Shown: piece after piece, positions 54,281 through 61,719 of the stretch | Numbering within the stretch: the stretch's first letter is position 1 | Layout: the number at the start of each line of letters is the position of its first letter | IMG/VR virus record: IMGVR_UViG_2860823798_000002 | Length of the DNA stretch: 63,823 nt | Source of the DNA: an uncultured virus (IMG/VR IMGVR_UViG_2860823798_000002) | Lineage: Duplodnaviria > Heunggongvirae > Uroviricota > Caudoviricetes | Strand: one strand, 5' to 3' | Notes under the pieces: generated by a model | What the model was told of the DNA's origin: nothing | The model's input: only the letters and a program-made list of their open reading frames with translations | Databases searched by the model: none | Program-made: the position numbers and the translations under genes

Positions 54281-54696
54281 ATGACACTACATATCAAAAT
54301 CAAATATGCAGACGAAACACAAACGCGCGTGATTGGATTGATCTGAGAGCTGCGGAAGATGTATCTATTCCAAAGGATGAGTTTAAACTGATTCCTCTCG
54401 GAGTGGCGATGGAATTGCCTGAAGGGTATGAAGCCCATGTCGTTCCTCGTTCAAGTACATATAAAAATTTCGGTATCATTCAGACCAATTCAATGGGCGT
54501 GATTGATGAGTCATACAAAGGGGACGATGATTTCTGGTTTTTCCCGGCTTATGCGCAGCGAGATACTGAAATTAAAAAGGGAGATCGAATTTGCCAATTC
54601 AGAATTATGGAGAAGATGCCTGCAGTTGAATTGGTCGAGGTCGATCATTTAGGCAACAAAAACCGTGGAGGGCACGGTTCAACTGGCACTAAGTAA
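54281..54696 (+). pseudogene. dut: dUTPase (YosS-like), frameshifted by a deletion after 54328
   Basis: [16 protein letters not shown], then [10 protein letters not shown]...PRSS...RGGHGSTG in another frame. Confidence 0.88.
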
Positions 54697-54767
54697 ATAA
54701 AGAACCTTGGCTGTCTTCATGATGTACAGACAGTGTGGAGTGCAGCCAAGGTTTGTCCAAACTTATC

Positions 54768-55220
54768 TTATTTTTTAATCGTAAAGCTGAGTTCCTGTGA
54801 ATCGTAATAAAACTGGTAAAGCTCTTCGTGATCCCAGCCGACAAAATCCTTTTGTTTTGGATCGTAGGCTTGGATATCAAGAAAGCTTCCTCTATTCTTG
54901 TATCCTTTTGTTAAATTATTTACTTCGGTATAGATGATGACTTTTTTGAAAGGTGAACTTGAAGATATTGTGTTCTTAATTGCTTCAACAATTTTGTTTA
55001 TCCCAGTTTTGTTTGGTTGCAGCGTTTCTTTTAACACAGCAATAATTTCTTCTACACAGTTAATTGCTGAAGTGCTGTTGTGATTCAAGGTATCATAAAT
55101 GTGAAGGATTTCTTTGTCAATTTCATATGTGTAAATGAAATTGCTTTTGTTTTCAAAGCCTACATCTTTAATTAATCCTTGAATAAATGGATGTTGAGTT
55201 GTTTCCATAAATTTAACCAC
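54768..55220 (-). CDS. hypothetical protein (reverse-oriented moron)
   Basis: 150-aa ORF. Confidence 0.65.
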   Translation of the reverse strand: MVKFMETTQHPFIQGLIKDVGFENKSNFIYTYEIDKEILHIYDTLNHNSTSAINCVEEIIAVLKETLQPNKTGINKIVEAIKNTISSSSPFKKVIIYTEVNNLTKGYKNRGSFLDIQAYDPKQKDFVGWDHEELYQFYYDSQELSFTIKK

Positions 55221-55627
55221 CTTTTGCAGAATTTATTGAACAATTTAATTTTATCAAATCTTTGAAAATACAGGTATTAATAACCTTTGAATTTTCAATA
55301 AAAGAAGACTTTTATCGTAATTGTTAAGGAGGTGCAAAATGAAGAAGATAGATGAAATAAAGCAACACTTAGAAAAAATTAATAAGCTAGAACAAACATT
55401 GGCTGTTTTTGAGGAGTCAGACGAATTACACCTTGACGTGCTTCATAAAATCCAGGGGGAATTTGATGAGATCAGTGATTTAGCTTTGAACGCTTTTCGA
55501 GAATTAACTGAAAAAATACGCAATGTAGGAAGCAAAACAATCAACAATAAAATTAAAGCTTTACCCAATACAGTACAGAAAAGTGTCAAGGAGAATATGG
55601 ATGAACTAATAAATGAATTAAAATGAG

Positions 55628-56479
55628 GTGAGTAATATAGTTAACACTGCGGATACAGTTTTAAAATCAAATTTATATAAAATACTGTCCGAAGGCAAAT
55701 CGGATAAAGGGCAAAAGATTCGACCTAAGTGGTCTGATGATACGCCAGCTTATACATTAAAATGCTTTGGAGTGTTGAATGAATATGATTTACAGAAAGA
55801 ATTCCCTATTGCTACTCTAAGGCCAACGGCTTTTAAATCAGGGTTAAAAGAAATTCTCTGGATATACCAAGATAAATCAAACGATGTTCAGTTGCTTGAA
55901 GAAAAATATGGAGTTAAATATTGGCGTAGCTGGGCTAATGAAGATGGCAATTTAGGGTTAGCTTATGGGAGACAGATGCAGTATGAGCACAAATACAAAG
56001 AAGGATACTTTAACCAGATTGACAGGTTGATTTGGGATCTGAAAAACAACCCATACAGCAGACGAATCATTACAAATTTGTATAATCATCAAGATCTTCA
56101 TGGAATGACGTTATATCCATGCGCTTTCTTGACAATGTGGGATTATGACGGAGAATTTTTAAACATGACCCTTGTCCAACGCTCGTCAGATTATCTTGTA
56201 GCAGGGAACATCAATGTAACTCAATATGCGTTATTACAGCATATGATTGCACAAGTTTGTGGTTATAAGCCAGGGAAATTTCATCATTATATTAACAACT
56301 TACATATCTATGACCGACATATCGAACAAGCCAAAGAAATTATTAACCGCGAATCCTTGGCAGCACCAAAGTTAGTAATGGATAAATCAATAAAGAATTT
56401 TTATGACTATAAACCTGAACACTTCACTCTAGAAGGATATAAGCCGCATACACAAATCAAACTTGAGGTAGCCTTATAA
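55628..56479 (+). CDS. thyA: thymidylate synthase
   Basis: YGRQ; NPYSRR; LYPC; QRSSD; HIYDRH. Confidence 0.96.
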   Translation: MSNIVNTADTVLKSNLYKILSEGKSDKGQKIRPKWSDDTPAYTLKCFGVLNEYDLQKEFPIATLRPTAFKSGLKEILWIYQDKSNDVQLLEEKYGVKYWRSWANEDGNLGLAYGRQMQYEHKYKEGYFNQIDRLIWDLKNNPYSRRIITNLYNHQDLHGMTLYPCAFLTMWDYDGEFLNMTLVQRSSDYLVAGNINVTQYALLQHMIAQVCGYKPGKFHHYINNLHIYDRHIEQAKEIINRESLAAPKLVMDKSIKNFYDYKPEHFTLEGYKPHTQIKLEVAL

Positions 56480-56495
56480 AGAATGTAGAAAACAA

Positions 56496-56524
56496 TAGAC
56501 AAACACAAATTAAAAGTATATAAT
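56496..56524 (+). promoter_or_regulatory. SPBRE-like promoter, copy 4
   Basis: TAGACA-aacac-AAATTAAAAGTA-TATAAT. Confidence 0.8.
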
Positions 56525-56525
56525 T

Positions 56526-56552
56526 AGGGTGAGGTCGTTACTCACCCTTTTT
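56526..56552 (+). terminator. terminator after thyA, straddling the start site of promoter copy 4
   Basis: AGGGTGAG-gtcgtta-CTCACCCT followed by Ts. Confidence 0.65.
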
Positions 56553-56632
56553 CTGTGGGATACCTGGCAAAGGGGATGATTCATTTAGAAAAAATAAAAC
56601 ACAAATTAAAAGTAATTTGAGGAGGTGAGGAA

Positions 56633-56995
56633 TTGAGTTCAGAAGCAAGTGACGCGCATAAGATTGATCTGGCAGCAAAAAAAGTTGAATTAGAAAAGGA
56701 AAGTGAAATACTTCAAGGGAAAATACTCGAAAAGGAACGTGACATACTACGACTCGAGACTGAACAGGATAAAGAGCAGCTTGATCTATTGCTTGAAATG
56801 AGTAAAGTTCTTCAGCAAATTGAAAATAAGAACTGGGTTAGTGCAACAATAGCTTTTAAGATTATTAGAAGTAATCCAGGCAAATATTTTGATCTATTTA
56901 AAATGAAAGACGGTAAAGCGTACATAGTAAATAAAAGATTCAAAGAATTAGATCATGAGTTTTTCATATTAAAGGGTGAATTAAATGAGATATAA
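56633..56995 (+). CDS. coiled-coil hypothetical protein
   Basis: SD GAGGAGGTG. Confidence 0.7.
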   Translation: MSSEASDAHKIDLAAKKVELEKESEILQGKILEKERDILRLETEQDKEQLDLLLEMSKVLQQIENKNWVSATIAFKIIRSNPGKYFDLFKMKDGKAYIVNKRFKELDHEFFILKGELNEI

Positions 56996-57528
56996 AGTAC
57001 ATATCAAGGATTTTTGTGCATTGGTCAGTGAAGGTCAGTTAGAAACTGAACAGATTTACTTGTGTCACGAGGGGCATTTGTTCGAGAAACCAGGTTATAA
57101 ACAAGTTAAACAAATCAATGGATTTGAAAAAGAGATTGCAGTATGCCCTATTTGTGGATGCGGCAAATCGTTTTACAGTGAATTTCAAGTTAAACAAAAC
57201 AACGGAAGTAGCTAAATGGAGGCGGTAAAATGAGCGAGCGTTATTTTAATTTCAGTCTAGCGGATACGAATAAACAACTACGAGAGGTCAACGAATTAGC
57301 AGCGAAAAAGGTTGCTGAGTTTCAAGATTTTAGTTCTAAAGTTGAAAGGGTAGTCGAATATAACGAAATTTTGCTCTGCACTATTGCTGGATTGATTGCA
57401 GAAAACGAGCGATTGAAGAAGGCATTAAAATTAATTGAATCGAAGTCAGAGCTTCCCGAAAAGCCAGTCGATTTAGTTCCGATTACTGATCTGTTCGAAA
57501 TAAATTTACACGCGAAGGAGGCGCTAAA

Positions 57529-58593
57529 ATGAGCGAAATTAAAAAGTATGTGCGGATTTTGAAGGCGGGTAAACCTTCGTACTGGTATGTGAATCAGATT
57601 GATCGGATGTTTGAGTTCGAAAGAGAAGGAAAATTCACGTACAAAATACGAGAAGAAGACGGTAGTTTAGCAGTAATACGAAAAGAAGACGCCGAACTTA
57701 TCGTCACAGAAAAGCGTCCGGCCAAAGTTGGCGAGCGAATTCTGATTGTTAATGCTGAATTGGGTACGTATAACAACGGACAAATTCACAAGGTTCATAA
57801 ATGCGTAAGTGCGTCGAGCGATAATAACGAACACATTGTAACTGACGCAGGGTTTGTATTCTGGACTTCAGAATACGAAGTCATCGTAAATAACGAAGTT
57901 AAAAACGAGGAGGATGACGAAGTGGAGATCGATTTGGACGCAATGGGATACGATGAACTAATCGAGCATGGAGAAGCGGTTATGAGGGCGATCAGACTGC
58001 GCTCTTATGGCGAAGGTTATAAGCAAGGAAAATTCGATGCGGTCATGGATGCAACACATTCTCCGGAAAAAGAAGAATTGCCATATGAATTTTCCGACGA
58101 GGATATCGAATTAGCGATTAAGGAGGCTCGAAGATATCTCGCGCAAGAACGCCGGGATGAAATCGTCGAGCAGGCGAAGGCGGACGTATCGGATTTAATC
58201 AACAGAGACATCGGACATGATCACGAATTCATCGTAAACACCGAAAAAAGAACCGTCGTGGTTTTGAGAAAGCTGAGAGGATGTACGAACATAGTCCGCA
58301 GAGGAATCGCCAAGGCCGCACCGGACGATTGCTTCAACGTCCATATCGGAGAAGCCATCGCTCTTCATCGCGCACTTGGACTCGAAGTACCTGACGAATA
58401 TCTTAACGCGCCGCAGCCGACTGAGGTTCGTGTGGGCGACATTGTAATGCACACCGTAACTTCAGAAATTGCACCAGTAATTTCTGATGATGATTGGCCG
58501 CCGCTAACAGGCGATTATGTCTATCACAAGGATGTTGAAGCCGCGCGTCGTTATGCCCTCATTATTGACGACAGTCGGACGGAGGCGATTTAG
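57529..58593 (+). CDS. multi-module phage protein (KRPAKVGE module; GIAKAAPDDCFNVHIG)
   Basis: 354 aa; GC-richer; module shared with the 21762 gene. Confidence 0.75.
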   Translation: MSEIKKYVRILKAGKPSYWYVNQIDRMFEFEREGKFTYKIREEDGSLAVIRKEDAELIVTEKRPAKVGERILIVNAELGTYNNGQIHKVHKCVSASSDNNEHIVTDAGFVFWTSEYEVIVNNEVKNEEDDEVEIDLDAMGYDELIEHGEAVMRAIRLRSYGEGYKQGKFDAVMDATHSPEKEELPYEFSDEDIELAIKEARRYLAQERRDEIVEQAKADVSDLINRDIGHDHEFIVNTEKRTVVVLRKLRGCTNIVRRGIAKAAPDDCFNVHIGEAIALHRALGLEVPDEYLNAPQPTEVRVGDIVMHTVTSEIAPVISDDDWPPLTGDYVYHKDVEAARRYALIIDDSRTEAI

Positions 58594-58696
58594 ATCGGTT
58601 TTTAGGCGCTGACATCTATCTGCTGACACAATTGATTCTGTATGAAATCTGTATTTTATTTAGATGAATAGGAGCAGCTTAAGCCACTCCTGAAAA

Positions 58697-58900
58697 TTAA
58701 TGAAATTGCCCGCCCATTTGCTGTTGAGCCATTTGGACAAGACGTTTAGTTATTTCTCCTCCAATTGAACCATTTGCTCTTGAAGTAGTCTCTGCACCTA
58801 ATTGAACACCAAACTCTTGAGCTATTTCAAGCTTCATTTGTTCAATAGCTACCTGAGCATTTGGAATAAGTAATTCATTATTATTGTTATTACGTGCCAT
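58697..58900 (-). CDS. sspC: alpha/beta-type small acid-soluble spore protein
   Basis: [36 protein letters not shown] 58900 with SD AGGAG. Confidence 0.95.
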   Translation of the reverse strand: MARNNNNNELLIPNAQVAIEQMKLEIAQEFGVQLGAETTSRANGSIGGEITKRLVQMAQQQMGGQFH

Positions 58901-58941
58901 GCTAATCATCTCCTATTGAGGTTAATGGTAATACATACTGT

Positions 58942-58970
58942 TATTATTTGAATTTGAAACTGTTTTATTC
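58942..58970 (-). promoter_or_regulatory. putative sigG-type promoter of sspC
   Basis: Minus strand GAATA-17-AATAATA. Confidence 0.45.
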
Positions 58971-58997
58971 ATTATTTATGAAAGGAGGAGTTATATA

Positions 58998-59342
58998 TTG
59001 AGTCAATTTCATTTATTCAAATACCCGGTGACATCTAAAGAAGGGAATGAATATGCCGTCAGTGTCTATGATGAAAGATACTCTTCAAACGCTGTAAGAG
59101 TATCACTATATAAAAAGACGCAAGGATTTTTTAGAAATGAAAAATTCAAGTGTCTTACAGGAAGCGGAAATTGGGCTCCCTGTTATGACGAAAAGGAATG
59201 GAAATACGATTATATTGCGATGGCAATAAACGAGGTAATTAGATACGAGAATTCAATCAAAGAAAAAATCGAACATGAAAATAAGCGAAAAGTAGCCTTT
59301 AAGATGTTTGAGAAGTGGAGTGGAAAAGAGGGATCTTCTTGA
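58998..59342 (+). CDS. hypothetical phage protein
   Basis: SD AAAGGAGG. Confidence 0.7.
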   Translation: MSQFHLFKYPVTSKEGNEYAVSVYDERYSSNAVRVSLYKKTQGFFRNEKFKCLTGSGNWAPCYDEKEWKYDYIAMAINEVIRYENSIKEKIEHENKRKVAFKMFEKWSGKEGSS

Positions 59343-59757
59343 GGTATGGGAGTTAAAAATAATTTATGAAGAGAGGAATGGGGATGTTTAAATATCACAC
59401 ACGACACGGAATTGTGTCAATCCAAATTGGTAAGCAAAATTTTGAAAACATGACAGTCGACGTGAACGAAGAAGATGGGAATAAATTGACTTGCGATATG
59501 TTTCACGAAGATGATGGTGATATTGGATTTGTATACAAAAATGAAACGATTTATTTTCATCACACTATATAAAATGTTGATTTCATTTAGAAAGGTGGAA
59601 AAGTATTGACCGTTACAGCTTGGATTTTGTTGATTATGTTTGGTTTATTCGCCTTATCAGATTTGAACTTTACTGAAGATGAAACAAAGCATATCAAGTT
59701 CTTCATAATAATGAAATTTGTTTCTGTCTTTATAGCTGCTATAGCTGCAGGCGTGAT

Positions 59758-60216
59758 TTGGGGAGGGCTATTTCAATGAAGACGATTAAATTATATGAAC
59801 TTGTATCAGAAGGTAAAAAACCAATTATTAAATTTAATGATAATGTGTATGAATGGATTGAAGAATCAGTCGATCCCATGATGATGGGGAAAATAATTGG
59901 AGCTTCAATTGAGTATAATGAGATTAAATTTTTATTAGATTTGAATCCTTTTGAATCATACAATCGAAGCGTTGCGCGGCATGATTGGAGAGATGATGAA
60001 GGGAATAGTGTTTTATCATGGTTTGACACTTCTTTCTATCCGAAAAACGGAATTGCAGCTATTTACTTACCTATTAGTGAAGAAACAGAAATCGCATTTG
60101 ATTTTATAGAAGAGGATTCTTTATTAAATGAATATGCAAAAAACACTAAAGACACTAAAGACATCTCGTATGTTGAATGGCTTGAAAATGAAGTTAAGCA
60201 ATTAAGAATTAAATAA
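59758..60216 (+). CDS. hypothetical phage protein
   Basis: Its stop codon starts palindrome 60214. Confidence 0.7.
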   Translation: MGRAISMKTIKLYELVSEGKKPIIKFNDNVYEWIEESVDPMMMGKIIGASIEYNEIKFLLDLNPFESYNRSVARHDWRDDEGNSVLSWFDTSFYPKNGIAAIYLPISEETEIAFDFIEEDSLLNEYAKNTKDTKDISYVEWLENEVKQLRIK

Positions 60217-60257
60217 AATCGGTCTTTTATATAAACCAATTAAAAGGAGTTTATTAA

Positions 60258-60707
60258 ATGGATGTAATTGATGAATTTAAAGGTAAGTATTATTTCTTAA
60301 GCAATTTTTATTCAGCGCCAGTAATGTATCAAGGAATCACATTTCAGAATAATGAAGCTGCTTTTCAAGCAATGAAAGTGACAGACAAATCAATTCACTT
60401 GAAGTTTTCAGATTTGCCTCCTAATCTTGCAAAAAGGAAAGGACGTAGAGTTAAACTGAGACCGGATTGGGAAGAAGTCAAAGAAACGTTTATGTATGAG
60501 ATCGTGAAAGCTAAATTTGAACAAAATGATCAGCTCAAGAATCGGCTTTTACAAACTGGGGAATCAACGTTAATTGAAGGGAACACTTGGGGTGACAGAA
60601 TTTGGGGAGTTTGTAACGAAATTGGAGAAAACAAACTTGGAAAAATTCTAATGAGAGTCCGAAATGAACTGAAGGAGGTTTCACATGGAGGAAAGCAATC
60701 AACTTGA
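60258..60707 (+). CDS. NADAR (YbiA-like) family protein
   Basis: FLSNFY; EAAFQAMK; AKFEQN; LIEGNTWGDRIWG; GENKLGKILMRVR. Confidence 0.92.
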   Translation: MDVIDEFKGKYYFLSNFYSAPVMYQGITFQNNEAAFQAMKVTDKSIHLKFSDLPPNLAKRKGRRVKLRPDWEEVKETFMYEIVKAKFEQNDQLKNRLLQTGESTLIEGNTWGDRIWGVCNEIGENKLGKILMRVRNELKEVSHGGKQST

Positions 60708-60907
60708 ATCGCTTTTAAGTAAGATTCAGAGAAAACTAGATACCGTGAAAGAAGCTATAGCGGTCAATGATTATCCAAGAGCCAACAGAAACCTAATTAA
60801 CCTTGCAAATGACAATGAGGAGCTAATGTATCAATGTAGGTTGGCCATGAAAAAGAATGGACTAAATAAAAAGACGAATTAAAAGAACTTAATCGGAGAG
60901 TGATTAA

Positions 60908-61510
60908 TTGGCAGCAACCAATCAAGGGAAAGTATTTGAAGCGAATGTTGAAAAATCAGCAAAAGATCAGAGTATATTCTTTTACAGAATTAAAGATGTT
61001 AATCCAATGTTTTTAAAGAGAGGGACTGCAGTATCCAAAAATAAATACGATTGTTTCATTCATTATAAGGGGTACTTGTTCCCTGTTGAGATGAAGTCGA
61101 CAAAGAATAAGTCATTCTCGTTCAGCGAGAAAATTATAAAGCCTCAGCAAATCAAATATCTTGCTGAAGCAGCCAAATACCCATACATAATCCCAGGTTT
61201 TTTGTTTCAATTCAGGGAACCAGAAAATAAAGTGTATTTCGTACACATTGATGAATTCCTTACATATAAACATATAGCTGAAAATCAGTTAGAACATACA
61301 TACGAGAATAAAGTTAATAAATCAAGTATTCCGATCAACATCTGTGAAGAGATTGGAACTGAAGTCAGATGGATGAAGAAGAAAATCAATTATACATATT
61401 ACTTAAACAAGCTCTGTGATGAGCTTATACATAAACATATGTCATTGGACAATCCTCCAACAACATACATTGATGTCACTAAGTCAACTTCAGAGGTGAT
61501 ACATCAATGA
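60908..61510 (+). CDS. recU: RecU-like Holliday junction resolvase
   Basis: NQGKVFE; YDC; EMKST; PQQIKYL. Confidence 0.85.
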   Translation: MAATNQGKVFEANVEKSAKDQSIFFYRIKDVNPMFLKRGTAVSKNKYDCFIHYKGYLFPVEMKSTKNKSFSFSEKIIKPQQIKYLAEAAKYPYIIPGFLFQFREPENKVYFVHIDEFLTYKHIAENQLEHTYENKVNKSSIPINICEEIGTEVRWMKKKINYTYYLNKLCDELIHKHMSLDNPPTTYIDVTKSTSEVIHQ

Positions 61511-61653
61511 GCAGACGGAGAGAATGCCCGGAGAAGTACAAAATAACAACAGAAATACATGAGGAGGTTACAGAATGGATTAGGGAGGTGATGAGAAGCA
61601 AGGAATTTTATGACTTTGCAGCGGCACTTATGTATAAATATAAAAAAGCTTAA
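61507..61653 (+). CDS. 48-aa protein, candidate recombination directionality factor (not in track)
   Basis: SD GAGGTG; MSRRRECPEK...YKKA; lies between recU and the integrase. Confidence 0.5.
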   Translation: MSRRRECPEKYKITTEIHEEVTEWIREVMRSKEFYDFAAALMYKYKKA

Positions 61654-61719
61654 GATTCCAAGTATACTGTCTCCGGATGGTATACTTGTTGATGCATATA
61701 GACATAAAAGATAAAGCAA

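Larger units (their letters stand above)
1361..60229. repeat. Dispersed interrupted palindrome TAAAA-N6-TTTTA at accessory-gene boundaries
   Basis: Exact copies start at 1361, 2837, 4833, 5241, 10161, 17329, 18556, 20067, 22570, 24348, 27902, 42547, 43933, 45344, 46638, 55299 and 60214. One-mismatch copies at 6729, 44602, 58643 and 59570; a 7-bp-spacer copy at 7661. Confidence 0.85.

Noticed and set aside
60143..60163. 9-bp tandem repeat (TKDTKD)
   Set aside because: Trivial in-frame duplication.
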